A stretch of DNA of 64,000 nt from a virus (taxonomy: Duplodnaviria > Caudoviricetes), in IMG/VR virus record IMGVR_UViG_3300033463_000004, positions 32,001 through 96,000 of that record, one strand, 5' to 3'. The notes beneath the pieces were generated by a model. That model saw nothing but the letters and a program-made list of their open reading frames with translations, was not told where the DNA came from and made no database searches. How positions within the stretch are numbered: the stretch's first letter is position 1; every line of letters begins with the position of its first letter. Position numbers and translations under genes: made by a program. Below, in pieces: positions 1-10,195 of this stretch.

Positions 1-2
1 AA

Positions 3-659
3 CGAAGAACCGGACAATTCTTTCCATCGTTTAATGGATATCAAAAAACGAATGATGGTTTTGCAACAGGAATTGCCCGTCAACATATGCATCCATATGA
101 TCGTGCATTGGAATACTGTGCATCGATTTATGACATCATTACAAATGAAACTGGTACAAAGATTTTGTATTGGTGTAAATATTATGGTGTATATCCTGTT
201 AGCTGCCAGAATGGTATGTTATCAAGTGACAATGCTACTGCTATTACTGGTGATGCTCGTATATCTGCGTCATTCCAATATCAATATAAACAAGAAAATG
301 TTTATAAGAACCTGATTGAATTCAATTATAATGCGGGCATTTTCGATAACATGGGTCATATGTATTCTGATGTACAAGCACATTTGCAAAATGCAGTACC
401 GTTCTTATATCGTGAGAATTATTCTGGCGGTGGAGATACTACATCAAATGTGTTACGTAATTATATCGGTGCATCAAGTATGATGACGGGATCTCCTTTC
501 ATCATATCAGAATCCAGTAGTCAACATGATCCATGGAAATGGAGTAATGATGACATTGTTCAAAATAATCTGTGCTTCTTACCAGCACAAGTAGTTGATA
601 CAAAATTGGCATCTAAGATGACACTTGGTATCACGAATGAAATGTCAGTTAGATTATAA
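3..659 (+). CDS. 5'-truncated virion structural protein (tail-tube-like/baseplate hub family of jumbo phages)
   Basis: Frame is open from position 3 (RRTGQFFPSFNGYQ...), so the gene starts before the window. ILYWCKYYGVYPVS resembles the tube-fold 'Y.LxGxxP' strand. Lies directly upstream of the portal. Confidence 0.5.
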   Translation, partial: RRTGQFFPSFNGYQKTNDGFATGIARQHMHPYDRALEYCASIYDIITNETGTKILYWCKYYGVYPVSCQNGMLSSDNATAITGDARISASFQYQYKQENVYKNLIEFNYNAGIFDNMGHMYSDVQAHLQNAVPFLYRENYSGGGDTTSNVLRNYIGASSMMTGSPFIISESSSQHDPWKWSNDDIVQNNLCFLPAQVVDTKLASKMTLGITNEMSVRL

Positions 660-676
660 TAAAAGGAGGTGAGCAT

Positions 677-3058
677 ATGGCACAGCAAAAAGAATCCAAT
701 GAGGAACGTCTGATACATGGCTTGATGAATGATATTACCGGTGGAGATATTGTAATGTCAAAGGATGAATTGTCCACGACAATTTCCAATATTCTCCGCA
801 AGTATAATCTGTCAACAGATTTATCATTCATCGAAAAGATTGCAACAATGAAGTTCCCTGATTCTAATGAGAAGATATCAATTGATATGCTTCCAAAAGA
901 ATTAACCGATGCTGCATTCTTACCTGTAACAACAATCGCAGATATCGCATTGCGTCAAGATCTCGATATGGTTGTATCACAGATTCCTGAATGGTACAAT
1001 GCGTTGATTGTTACACGTGATGCAATATGTGAATCTGATATTGTCGATGGTACATTAGCACGTACAATCAATTTTGATAAAACGAAATTGATTGATGTCG
1101 CTGAGCAGACTGTTATGGCGAAGATTGAAGCAACTGAAGAAAAGCTTCGTCTTCATTCTATCATCAAGAATCATATTGTATACAATACATTGTTCTATGG
1201 TGAAGGATATGTTTATTGCGTACCATATGCAAAAGTATTTGAGGACCTGTATAAGTACAGACTGCAACAGAGTGAACGAAAAGATCCTCGAAATACTGTC
1301 GCAAGCATGTTCGAAACTTCATCTTCCTTAACTGGATATGGTTATGGATATGGCGAATCCGCTGTTGAAAAATCATTGAAAGATACATATGGAAAAGTTG
1401 TTCAAGAACAATCTGCAAATGGAAAACAAGTAACACAGGAAGCTTCGTTGTTTTCTGAACAAGAAATCATTGAGATTATTCCTGGTTATCATGGCAAAAC
1501 TTTAACCGAAGAACAAAAAGAAGACATTGTTCCAGATGAGAGTCGTGATAAGTTGTTCGATGAATATGTTGATGATATCGCACGTAATATCAGATACATA
1601 GAAAAGGATATCGCACTTCCGGTTATTGAAGAATCTGCTCTTGACTTAAAACGTGCTTATGACGTAAAATATCAAGACAGAGGATTTGTTCAAGAGACTA
1701 ATAAAGTCTTCGAAACTGTCATGACAGACGGTGTGATTGGTGATGATATCTCAAAAGAATTCCAGAATGTTAAAGGTGTTTATCTCAAGATATTACCTGC
1801 AACAAAATTGATTCCAATCCGTATTGATCGAACTGTTATTGGTTATTATTATATTTCCGATTTAACACGTCCTGATGATGCGGGCGAACGTCGTAACTCT
1901 GGATTATCTGGATATACATTGAGAACACCTTCTATTGGACATGATACATTTTCTCCGGATAAAATGTTATGTGAAAGACTTGCTTCAAAGATTATCAGTA
2001 ATTTCAATTTGAAATTTATGCGTGATAATACCGCATTGCATCAACAAATCGTTGCAATTCTAGAATCACATAAATTCAATGAAGCAATGATGCGTTTCAT
2101 CTATATTCCTGCAGAAAATGTTTGTCAATGCACAATTAATGAAGATGGTGCAGGCAAAGGTCATTCGATGCTTGAAGGTGGTTTGATTACTGCAAGAATG
2201 TATATGTTCTTGAAGATGTATTCCATTCTGTGGCAAATCAATAATTCAGCAATTCGTGTGTATAATTTGCGTTCATCTGGAATTGATAAGAACTACAAAC
2301 AGTTCATTCAACAGTTGATTCGTAAATTCTCTGCACGTCGTGTTACATCAAATGATATTTTCAATTACAGATCTTCATTAACCAAAGTCTCTGGTGGTTC
2401 AGAACTTGTTCTTCCTATGGGACCAAACAATGAGGCACCTGTTACAATTGAAAATATTCCTGCTGCAGAAGCACCATTGAATACAGATCTGTTGGATAAA
2501 CTTCATGAAGAAGCAATCAATTCAACACCAGTTCCCGCAATCATGGTTAAGAATGGTGGAGTGACGGAAGTTGAATTCTCTAAAGAAGTTGAATTATCTA
2601 ATACACGATTTGTTTCATTTATTTCTTCATGTAAGATTGATTTCAATCGTGATATCACAATGCTGTATCGTAAGATACTTCGTTGGGAGACGGATATTGA
2701 TCCAGAGATTATTCATGATTTGAAATTTGTATTCCATATGCCTGCGGCAAAAACGCTGTCGGTTACATCAGATATGATTTCAAATTTTGAAGCTGTCTTC
2801 CAATTGGCATATACAACATTCTTGACGAAGAAAGAACAACAAAATGAAGATGGTAATGATGATCCGATTTCTGATATCATGCGGAATTACAAGAAACTGA
2901 TGATTGGCAAATATTTGCCACAAATCGACGTTGAAGAACTCGAGAAGATGGCAAATGAAGCTCGCGAAGAAACCAATAAGATGAAACTTGATAAAACTGC
3001 TCCTGAACAGAATCTGATTGATAGTTCTAATTTACCAGAGGAAGGAGCTGAAGCATAA
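677..3058 (+). CDS. portal protein (jumbo phage type)
   Basis: 793 aa with AGGAGGTG RBS. T4 gp20-like landmarks: YGEGYVY, LIPIRIDRTVIGYYYI, GHSMLE...AR, AIRVYNL, AINSTPVPA. Close to terL. Confidence 0.7.
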   Translation: MAQQKESNEERLIHGLMNDITGGDIVMSKDELSTTISNILRKYNLSTDLSFIEKIATMKFPDSNEKISIDMLPKELTDAAFLPVTTIADIALRQDLDMVVSQIPEWYNALIVTRDAICESDIVDGTLARTINFDKTKLIDVAEQTVMAKIEATEEKLRLHSIIKNHIVYNTLFYGEGYVYCVPYAKVFEDLYKYRLQQSERKDPRNTVASMFETSSSLTGYGYGYGESAVEKSLKDTYGKVVQEQSANGKQVTQEASLFSEQEIIEIIPGYHGKTLTEEQKEDIVPDESRDKLFDEYVDDIARNIRYIEKDIALPVIEESALDLKRAYDVKYQDRGFVQETNKVFETVMTDGVIGDDISKEFQNVKGVYLKILPATKLIPIRIDRTVIGYYYISDLTRPDDAGERRNSGLSGYTLRTPSIGHDTFSPDKMLCERLASKIISNFNLKFMRDNTALHQQIVAILESHKFNEAMMRFIYIPAENVCQCTINEDGAGKGHSMLEGGLITARMYMFLKMYSILWQINNSAIRVYNLRSSGIDKNYKQFIQQLIRKFSARRVTSNDIFNYRSSLTKVSGGSELVLPMGPNNEAPVTIENIPAAEAPLNTDLLDKLHEEAINSTPVPAIMVKNGGVTEVEFSKEVELSNTRFVSFISSCKIDFNRDITMLYRKILRWETDIDPEIIHDLKFVFHMPAAKTLSVTSDMISNFEAVFQLAYTTFLTKKEQQNEDGNDDPISDIMRNYKKLMIGKYLPQIDVEELEKMANEAREETNKMKLDKTAPEQNLIDSSNLPEEGAEA

Positions 3059-4503
3059 TGCGAATTGAAAAGACTACAACAGGTGTTATTATCAAAGATC
3101 CAACAAATGAAGTCAAACGGAAATGTTTGCAATATTTCACGCTTCAGAACCCTACTCGTGAATTCTTTGTTTATTCAGGTAATGACCCAGATAACAAACC
3201 AATTCTGGGTCATGAACATGACGTAATCTATATTACGTCAGGATTTTTAAAAATCAATGATCCTGAAATTAAAAAACTCAAAATTGATTCAACCAAACAA
3301 TACTTGACACCAAAACAAATCACGTTGACAATGAATCGAACGCCGCGTTCAAAATTACAAGAAGATTGCATTCGAATGATTACAACTTCAGAAGCTTCAA
3401 AAATTACAATGGAGCTAAAACCTGGAGTCGGCAAAACCTTTATAGCATTATATGGTGCATCAAAACTTGGATTGAAACCTTTGATCGTTGCGCCAACATC
3501 ACTGTTGAAGAATCAATGGATTGATAATATCGTTGAACTCGGTATTGATAAATCCGATATTGCAACAAAGATTTGGGATGCACCCGAAAAGAAAGTTTGT
3601 GTTGTTACAATATCTTCACTTGAAGGTGCTGTTCGTGATGATTGGAATGGGCTTATGAAGACTTTGGATTCAGCAGGTTTTGGAATCAAAGTCATTGACG
3701 AAGCTCATCTTCATCTGAAAGGAATCTTAAAGTTTGATGCATTATGTAATATCAAACATAACTGGTATCTATCAGCAACACTCGGAAGATCTGATCCATC
3801 TGAAGACAGAATCCTAAATCGTGCTTTAGCAGATGCAAAACGATTCATTGGTAATTCTGCATATGAAGAATATCAAAAAGAATATGTCCAAGTATATCTG
3901 CAAGACATTTATTATTTCCCATCATCTAAGCTGTGTAATAAATGTTTCAAGTATGGTTCAAAAGGTTTGATACGTGCTTCATACTATCGTATGTTGATGG
4001 AATACAGGAACGGCCAACCCTTCATCAATAATGTTATCAATGTCATTAAACGTGCAAAAAGCATTATTAATTATGATGGAAAGATTCTTGTTCTTGTTCC
4101 ATTAATCGATATTATCGATAAGATTATTCTTGCAATGAAAGCCGATCCATACTTTAAGAATTATACGTTTGCAGGTGTTGATGGTTCAATGCCATTATCA
4201 AAACGACGTGATGCAATGGAATCAAATTTCATTTTATCAACATCATTGTCAATGGGAACCGGCGTTGACGTATCGAATCTTGGAGTTGTTGTTAATTTTG
4301 ACCAATATTCTTCATCAATTATCGGAGAACAAATCTTCGGACGTTTACGTGACAGAGGAAAAGAGACATACTATATCGACGTTTGTGACCATGTAAAACA
4401 AGCATCAATGCTTGCTCGATGGGGAAAGAAGCGTCGTTTATTGATTCCATATTATCCAGGTGCAAAACGTGACATGAAGAAATTTCCTGTTATATATTGC
4501 TAA
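3058..4503 (+). CDS. superfamily 2 DNA/RNA helicase (UvsW/XPB-like)
   Basis: Walker A PGVGKT, motif Ia VAPT..LKNQW, DEAH box, motif III LSAT, motif V GTGVDV, motif VI QIFGRLR. TAATG translational coupling to the portal. Confidence 0.9.
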   Translation: MRIEKTTTGVIIKDPTNEVKRKCLQYFTLQNPTREFFVYSGNDPDNKPILGHEHDVIYITSGFLKINDPEIKKLKIDSTKQYLTPKQITLTMNRTPRSKLQEDCIRMITTSEASKITMELKPGVGKTFIALYGASKLGLKPLIVAPTSLLKNQWIDNIVELGIDKSDIATKIWDAPEKKVCVVTISSLEGAVRDDWNGLMKTLDSAGFGIKVIDEAHLHLKGILKFDALCNIKHNWYLSATLGRSDPSEDRILNRALADAKRFIGNSAYEEYQKEYVQVYLQDIYYFPSSKLCNKCFKYGSKGLIRASYYRMLMEYRNGQPFINNVINVIKRAKSIINYDGKILVLVPLIDIIDKIILAMKADPYFKNYTFAGVDGSMPLSKRRDAMESNFILSTSLSMGTGVDVSNLGVVVNFDQYSSSIIGEQIFGRLRDRGKETYYIDVCDHVKQASMLARWGKKRRLLIPYYPGAKRDMKKFPVIYC

Positions 4504-4511
4504 ACGGAATG

Positions 4512-4648
4512 ATAATCCGGAATGTTCCTTCTCCGTTTTCATACAAGGTTTGGCCGCCTTGTTTTCGCCGTAAGCGGGACGGCGATTTGCTGTGTTTTCC
4601 TCCTTGAGAACAGTGCATAATACACCATTCGAAAACATTCCGGATTAT
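4512..4648 (+). ncRNA. candidate structured RNA (closing stem plus three internal hairpins)
   Basis: Perfect 15-bp inverted repeat ATAATCCGGAATGTT (4512-4526) / AACATTCCGGATTAT (4634-4648). It encloses hairpins ACAAGG..CCTTGT, TCGCCGT..ACGGCGA and GTTTTC-CTCCTT-GAGAAC. Located between the helicase stop and a terminator. Confidence 0.5.
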
Positions 4649-4658
4649 TTGATAATTT

Positions 4659-4682
4659 ATGTGGGGGCGAAAGCCCCCACAT
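4659..4682. terminator. intrinsic terminator hairpin (GGGGGC-GAAA-GCCCCC)
   Basis: ATGTGGGGGC GAAA GCCCCCACAT; member of the window-wide terminator family. Confidence 0.8.
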
Positions 4683-4701
4683 TATCAATATATCATATTT
4701 T

Positions 4702-4716
4702 CATATATATATTATT
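4702..4716 (+). promoter_or_regulatory. putative early phage promoter CATATATATATTATT
   Basis: Matches a motif recurring at about 10 intergenic sites; resembles the TATATTA core of phiKZ/AR9 early promoters. Followed by leader hairpin 4715-4768. Confidence 0.65.
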
Positions 4717-4839
4717 ATTATGAATAAGAGATAATCTATACAAATGGATTGTTTCATATTCATAATAAGAAGGGTATTTATACCCTATAACAATTAAATC
4801 TCTCACGCCACGAGGGATAAAAATGAGGAGGATATAGTC

Positions 4840-5202
4840 ATGAAGAAATATTTTGATGAAATCTCGGAACTTGGCGAGAAATTTGAGAGAACAATCTCTC
4901 AAGCTGTAGACATCGTTGCTGACATGAAATCGGTAACGTCTGCATGGATTGCGGCAGCAGACGCAATCCGAGCAAAAGAAATGGTCGGACTGTTGTCCGG
5001 CGAGAAGCTGGAAAAAGCCAAAGACAATCTAATGCCGGCATTTTTGTCGACAGAAGATAAAACATCGTTTGATGAGGTATATGAAAATATGACCTCATCT
5101 ATCAAAGATTTGGACAAACTGATGTCCAAAGTATCGTTGATTCTCTTCGAAGAGAATCAAAATCATCAGGAAGAAAATCATCAGGAAAAGGAGGAAAACT
5201 AA
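4840..5202 (+). CDS. hypothetical acidic helical protein (early)
   Basis: 120 aa, GAGGAGG RBS, downstream of the early promoter. Confidence 0.75.
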   Translation: MKKYFDEISELGEKFERTISQAVDIVADMKSVTSAWIAAADAIRAKEMVGLLSGEKLEKAKDNLMPAFLSTEDKTSFDEVYENMTSSIKDLDKLMSKVSLILFEENQNHQEENHQEKEEN

Positions 5203-5203
5203 A

Positions 5204-5551
5204 ATGACACTTGACGACATCAAAGAGTCTCTCGAAAAGAGACTCGAAAATCTTCTTAACTCTGGTGGGGAGGTAGACTTCCCGAATGGGAAGGCCATCA
5301 AAATTGAGGGCCCGCGTGGAGCGGCAGTCCTCATTACAGGCCTGCTCGCAGGTGTTGGCACCGCGATCGCTGCTGCAATTGTGACTAAACCGGTTGCAGT
5401 CGCAGCCGATGCAGTCAACCGCCTTGTGCGGGACGGTACTGAACTCCGCAATGCAATCACGGATTATCGTGATTGCAAACGAGGAATCTATCCGTTTCCG
5501 GATCAAACGATTCCGGAACCGGAAACATCAGAAGAGGATGCGGGGGATTAA
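5204..5551 (+). CDS. hypothetical membrane-associated protein (early)
   Basis: 115 aa, AAGGAGG RBS, hydrophobic Ala/Gly segment AAVLITGLLAGVGTAIAAAIV. Confidence 0.7.
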   Translation: MTLDDIKESLEKRLENLLNSGGEVDFPNGKAIKIEGPRGAAVLITGLLAGVGTAIAAAIVTKPVAVAADAVNRLVRDGTELRNAITDYRDCKRGIYPFPDQTIPEPETSEEDAGD

Positions 5552-5561
5552 CCCCCGCATC
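5537..5561. terminator. bidirectional terminator between convergent genes
   Basis: GATGCGGGGG ATTAA CCCCCGCATC followed by a T-run. Confidence 0.8.
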
Positions 5562-5577
5562 TCATCTTTTTTTTTTG

Positions 5578-7707
5578 TTAAAAGTTTTGATTTACACTTG
5601 TGAAATATGCATAATCAGATGCATCCAATAAATCAACAGGAGGATTATCTCCACCGTAATCTTGACGTTTATATCCATATACATCATATCCATTATTTGA
5701 AAATCCTGATGCACGGCTATTGTCCATGTTTTCTCGTAACAATTGATTTTCAAATCCATTTGGATCTTTGTATGGAATGATATTGTTGATTTGCTGCTCA
5801 GATAATTCTTTATCATATTCTGCAACTTCACGTCTTGCATTTTTAAATGTACATAAATCTTTATGTATGCCAAAGCGTTCCAATTTGAAACCAAAATAGA
5901 AAATATATAGCACATGGTTATATGCCATGACCAAGTCATCATGACAACCAGAAGCAGCTTCAATTTTTCCATTCTTTGCACGAACAAGATTCATGATATC
6001 AAATGATAAACACTTTGTTGTTAAAAGTTCTTTGTAATCATGAACATGTGATTTCAACAGAACAAACATCTTTTCACGAATCGCAGTTGTAAGATATGTA
6101 CCAATGTATCCTTTTTCAATTGCTTTCCGTTTTACAGTCATTTCATTTGTTTCATTTTTTGTAATTGCATTCTTAGATGCATCCAATTTTGGATCATGAT
6201 AGAAACGATGTTCCAAATTGGATTCTTGTACAAAGTCAACAATTGCAGTACCCAAATTATTTGTTTCAATAATAAAGATACATGATGGAATCAGCTTTGC
6301 AACCTCAATTATGACACGCATTAAATCCAATGGTCCTAAGAATGGGGATACCAATTCACCAACAACTTGGAACGTATATGGATGAACAACAATCAATGCT
6401 GTATTATCTCCATTCTTTCCAGATGCAGGGTCGATACCAACCATGTATGGAAGCTTGATATCATAATACGGTGTATTTGATGTCAGACTCTTATGAACAA
6501 TTTGATGTTCATAAACTAAGAAATGATATTTATTCAATATCATGATGTCATGATCCGGTTGACGTGTATGTTGTGCAATATAATCAATGTCAGCTTGCTC
6601 GAAAAGAACACCTTCATCACCACGATATCTTTGTAACAAAACACCACGACGATATTCGTTGATCGTTCCTTTTTTGACAGCTTCGTAGTATTGTTCTTTT
6701 AACCAGTTTTCATCTTTGCGTAATTGTTTATAATTAAACTCGATATAGAACATAGATACTGGTATACGATCTTTATCGTCATCGTCAGCTTGAGGAATAC
6801 TCTTCATATGTTCAATTTCAGCATCAGTTTTGTCATAAATATGTTCGTCAAATACAGGAAGATTGTCAATAATTTTCTGGAAGTCAATTCCTTCTTGTGT
6901 TTCGAGGTTTCCAGGTGTGGAAGCATACATGATACATGAACGTATACCCATTTCTCTAGCAGTGATACGTGCCTGAACGATTGTCGGGTTGGCACCATCG
7001 ATGAATTGTTTCATATAAGAAATAAACTCACATTCATCAAAGAAACCTGCATAAAGTGAAAGACCACGAGATTTATCTTCTGCAACAGATTCTGAACGTG
7101 CTGCAGAAACAGTTGCAATTGAGCAGTTGTGTGCTTCATACCGAAGTGACTGAAGACCTGGTAGATGTTTTGCATTTGCCCATGGATTCATGTATTTCGG
7201 TAGAGCTGTGATATAATCACGCAGAATACCAACATTGTCCATACATCGTTTTTCTGTACGATGCATGTATGGAATATCGACATTTCGATATTCAAATAAC
7301 ATCATATATGAAACAATTGATGTCAGTACTGTCGTCTTATAAGTTTGACGAGGTTGTACAAGTTCGAAATCGAAACTATGAATGAATGACCATATTGCGG
7401 CACAACCAGCTCTATGTAAATACAATGGAACCGCGCCTGCACCACGGATCGGTATTCTGACAACTTCTCTAAAATAAAACCATGGATTACTTTTACATTC
7501 AGCAACAATTCTTCCTATATTTTCTGCAGTAATATTTGGATCATATGGGTCGATGTCTTGTACACCTAAATGTGGAAAGGAAACTTCTAACATGAAATAC
7601 CAATTTTTGATACCAAGTGTTTTTAATTCTTGTGCTGTTAACAAAAAAGATTGGTTTTTTGTTCCAAAATCATAATATTTATTTCCAATTCGTTTGATAT
7701 CTGACAT
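5578..7707 (-). CDS. terL: terminase large subunit
   Basis: NPWFYFREVVRIP; Walker A PRQTYKT; Walker B FFDE; motif III ASTPG; nuclease GIDPA..D, IETN and HDDLVMA. Start moved to ATG 7707 behind AGGAGGTGA (ORF track starts at 7719). Confidence 0.9.
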   Translation of the reverse strand: MSDIKRIGNKYYDFGTKNQSFLLTAQELKTLGIKNWYFMLEVSFPHLGVQDIDPYDPNITAENIGRIVAECKSNPWFYFREVVRIPIRGAGAVPLYLHRAGCAAIWSFIHSFDFELVQPRQTYKTTVLTSIVSYMMLFEYRNVDIPYMHRTEKRCMDNVGILRDYITALPKYMNPWANAKHLPGLQSLRYEAHNCSIATVSAARSESVAEDKSRGLSLYAGFFDECEFISYMKQFIDGANPTIVQARITAREMGIRSCIMYASTPGNLETQEGIDFQKIIDNLPVFDEHIYDKTDAEIEHMKSIPQADDDDKDRIPVSMFYIEFNYKQLRKDENWLKEQYYEAVKKGTINEYRRGVLLQRYRGDEGVLFEQADIDYIAQHTRQPDHDIMILNKYHFLVYEHQIVHKSLTSNTPYYDIKLPYMVGIDPASGKNGDNTALIVVHPYTFQVVGELVSPFLGPLDLMRVIIEVAKLIPSCIFIIETNNLGTAIVDFVQESNLEHRFYHDPKLDASKNAITKNETNEMTVKRKAIEKGYIGTYLTTAIREKMFVLLKSHVHDYKELLTTKCLSFDIMNLVRAKNGKIEAASGCHDDLVMAYNHVLYIFYFGFKLERFGIHKDLCTFKNARREVAEYDKELSEQQINNIIPYKDPNGFENQLLRENMDNSRASGFSNNGYDVYGYKRQDYGGDNPPVDLLDASDYAYFTSVNQNF

Positions 7708-7767
7708 CGAAACCATCACCTCCTATCAATAAGCGTTATAGTATCGGTATAAAAAAAATATAGAATA

Positions 7768-7789
7768 CATGGGGGCTTTCGCCCCCATG
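7768..7789 (-). terminator. intrinsic terminator
   Basis: CATGGGGGC TTTC GCCCCCATG with an A-run on its + strand 5' side (U-tail on the minus strand). Confidence 0.8.
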
Positions 7790-7832
7790 CAAACATTAAG
7801 ATTGACGCACGGATCCTCACGGAGGAAATTTA

Positions 7833-10052
7833 TCAGACATATTGTTTCAATTGATTTAATGTTGGTAAAAGTTCGGTGAATCGCCCATACATGGATTCAA
7901 TATAATTGCGATCGCTACCTTCAAACAAGTCGGTTTCATCCATAAGTTTAAAGAATTCATCCAGATCAACAAACGGATGTGCATTCTGGTATTTCATGAA
8001 ATATGAATACATAATCAAGAATGCACGAAGTTCAGGAATTGATATTTGAACTTCAACGTTATTGATCAAAACATCATATAACTTATCGAATGTACCAATT
8101 GTCGAATAACCGAAGATATCAGGACGCAATTTGATACCCATAAATTTGAGCGTGTTCTTCAAGTTATCCAATTGTGGAAATTGGTTGTACTTTGAGAAAT
8201 CTAATCCCATATCATTTAATTGCGCCATGAGGATTGAATTTTCTTCATATTGAGAACCACGATAATATGTCGTAATCTTTGCGAAATCTTTTACACCAAC
8301 ACCCGCAAGGAAGTTATACGTGTCATATTCACCAAACTTCACAGGGTTATCAGAATAATGTCGTAAGTTCTTATTGAACTGATGTGTCTTGACAGGTTGA
8401 TCATATAATGTCGTACGTCCAGTTGAAATTGCAGATAATGCTTTTGATGGTTCTTGTTTCAATACCCACGTATATTGGTATCCAACAGGATAAGTTTCAT
8501 CCAATTTGATCCAACGTTTATGAAGCTTCGTAAATACATTATAATGGCGCATGATTGCAGGATATTTTTCATATGCTTCCAGTATTGCATCACGAACACA
8601 TACTTCGTTGAATGGTTTAATTTGAATATTAATACCATTCATAAGAATATCATCAACAACAATTTGTGGAGATTCTTTATATAAACGCCGTATCTCGTTA
8701 CCTTGATCCGGATTGAAGATTGAAACGAATTCAGATGTGATATTGATAATTTCATCATTTGATGCACCGTTCTGATACATCTTTCCGATATGCTGGTTCA
8801 TTCTGTCCATCATGAATGTCATGGAACCTTCATAAGTTGCAAATGCAATAATACGATTCGGAACCGCAAGTGCATTTGCTAACATATGAATCGGACGTCC
8901 ATCATCTGTTTTTGGCATATCTGCAGCTGGAATAATTTTGGAAATAACCGATTTATTTCCATAACGTCCAACAACCTTCTGTCCAACTTTGATTTCCATA
9001 GGTTGAAGCATTGTGAACTTAATAATTGTATCCGCAATATATTCCTTCGTAACCCATACGGATTGATTCAAATATTTTTGTGCTTTATGATAAATATCCA
9101 ACAATGATGTGTCATCCTGATATGGATCAACAATTACAGTTGATATATATGCGTATATATCAGAATACCATTGTTTGATTTGTGATAAATAGAAATTGAA
9201 TTGATCATTCTCAACATCAACATTCGTAAAGATATCAATGTCAGCAACAATACCATGTGAGAAAATCTTTGTATCATTGATATGAGGTATGGAAGCTTCT
9301 GCAACAGATGATACATATGAATTCTCTCTAATAGAACACAAGATATCATCTTGAACTTCTTCACCGATATTTGGAAATGGTTTGTATTCTCCATTTCGAC
9401 CATAACGATTCAGCAGAAATGATTTCTTTGAAACATTCACCGTTACAATATCAACGAAATCATATTCCAATGCTTTTGCACATTCATCAGAAATAATTAA
9501 TGAATCTTCTGTGAGTTCCGGTAGTACAGCATATGCCATACGAACATTTACACCCGCGCAATAATTGTCATTTACATAAGATGACGATTGTGCAATGGAA
9601 GCTCCTTTCGGAAGAACATCTCCTTCTTGAATATTGGGGATATTATTCTTCATACGAAAACCGTATTTTTCAACAAGATTCACTGCCGGGGTGAATATTT
9701 TACAAAGATATTTTCCCGTTTCAAGATTCTGAAATATATATGCAATTGGTGAATAAGGTGCATTCGGAAACTTTACAAACTTTCGCATTAAACGGTAATC
9801 TGCATGTGTTCTGATATCCCATGAAGAACGTTTTCCGAATTCGTTCTCTGCACCAGAAAATACCATGGGAAATTCAGGATTACGAACAACCAATCTTTGA
9901 GAAGTATGTTTTACCATCATTCCTCCACGTGTCGTGGAAATCTTCTCAGGGAATGCCATTGCAGACATACCAGTCAATGACAAAGGATTTACTTCAGCAC
10001 ATCTTCTTTCAATGTCCGAAGCATTGTTCATAACTTGAGATTTTTTGGACAT
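7833..10052 (-). CDS. rpoB: multisubunit RNA polymerase beta subunit, C-terminal part (probably non-virion RNAP)
   Basis: RG.M..KHTSQ, EDSLIIS, GQKVVGRYGNKSVISKI, MP...DGRP...NALAVPNR, PVKFGEYD: beta regions F-I in split jumbo-phage form. Start at ATG 10052 after GAAAGGA. Confidence 0.9.
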   Translation of the reverse strand: MSKKSQVMNNASDIERRCAEVNPLSLTGMSAMAFPEKISTTRGGMMVKHTSQRLVVRNPEFPMVFSGAENEFGKRSSWDIRTHADYRLMRKFVKFPNAPYSPIAYIFQNLETGKYLCKIFTPAVNLVEKYGFRMKNNIPNIQEGDVLPKGASIAQSSSYVNDNYCAGVNVRMAYAVLPELTEDSLIISDECAKALEYDFVDIVTVNVSKKSFLLNRYGRNGEYKPFPNIGEEVQDDILCSIRENSYVSSVAEASIPHINDTKIFSHGIVADIDIFTNVDVENDQFNFYLSQIKQWYSDIYAYISTVIVDPYQDDTSLLDIYHKAQKYLNQSVWVTKEYIADTIIKFTMLQPMEIKVGQKVVGRYGNKSVISKIIPAADMPKTDDGRPIHMLANALAVPNRIIAFATYEGSMTFMMDRMNQHIGKMYQNGASNDEIINITSEFVSIFNPDQGNEIRRLYKESPQIVVDDILMNGINIQIKPFNEVCVRDAILEAYEKYPAIMRHYNVFTKLHKRWIKLDETYPVGYQYTWVLKQEPSKALSAISTGRTTLYDQPVKTHQFNKNLRHYSDNPVKFGEYDTYNFLAGVGVKDFAKITTYYRGSQYEENSILMAQLNDMGLDFSKYNQFPQLDNLKNTLKFMGIKLRPDIFGYSTIGTFDKLYDVLINNVEVQISIPELRAFLIMYSYFMKYQNAHPFVDLDEFFKLMDETDLFEGSDRNYIESMYGRFTELLPTLNQLKQYV

Positions 10053-10133
10053 GACAATCACCAATCCTTTCGATAAAGTGTATAAGTTAGTTGTAACCCC
10101 TTTATATTTAATCATACTTTTGGGTTACTTGAA

Positions 10134-10147
10134 AACGATATACTTCT
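10134..10147 (-). promoter_or_regulatory. variant early promoter (AGAAGTATATCGTT on the minus strand)
   Basis: Partial match to the TATATNATT core, followed by leader hairpin GTAACCC...GGGTTAC. Confidence 0.4.
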
Positions 10148-10160
10148 CAAAATAAAAAAA

Positions 10161-10193
10161 AATATAATGCGGGGCATTGCCCCGCATTATATT
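10161..10193 (-). terminator. intrinsic terminator
   Basis: AATATAATGCGGGGC ATT GCCCCGCATTATATT with an A-run upstream on the + strand. Confidence 0.8.
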
Positions 10194-10195
10194 CA

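Noticed and set aside
4512-4648. tRNA or tmRNA reading of the cloverleaf; minus-strand ORF 4438-4638
   Set aside because: No TTCGA T-loop or CCA end and the arms have the wrong lengths; the ORF has no RBS before its ATG and overlaps the helicase antisense
7790-7832. Short GC-rich 3'UTR of the RNAP beta gene with TTTCCTCC on the minus strand
   Set aside because: About 40 nt with only a 5-bp hairpin, too short to call an RNA, although it echoes the anti-SD theme
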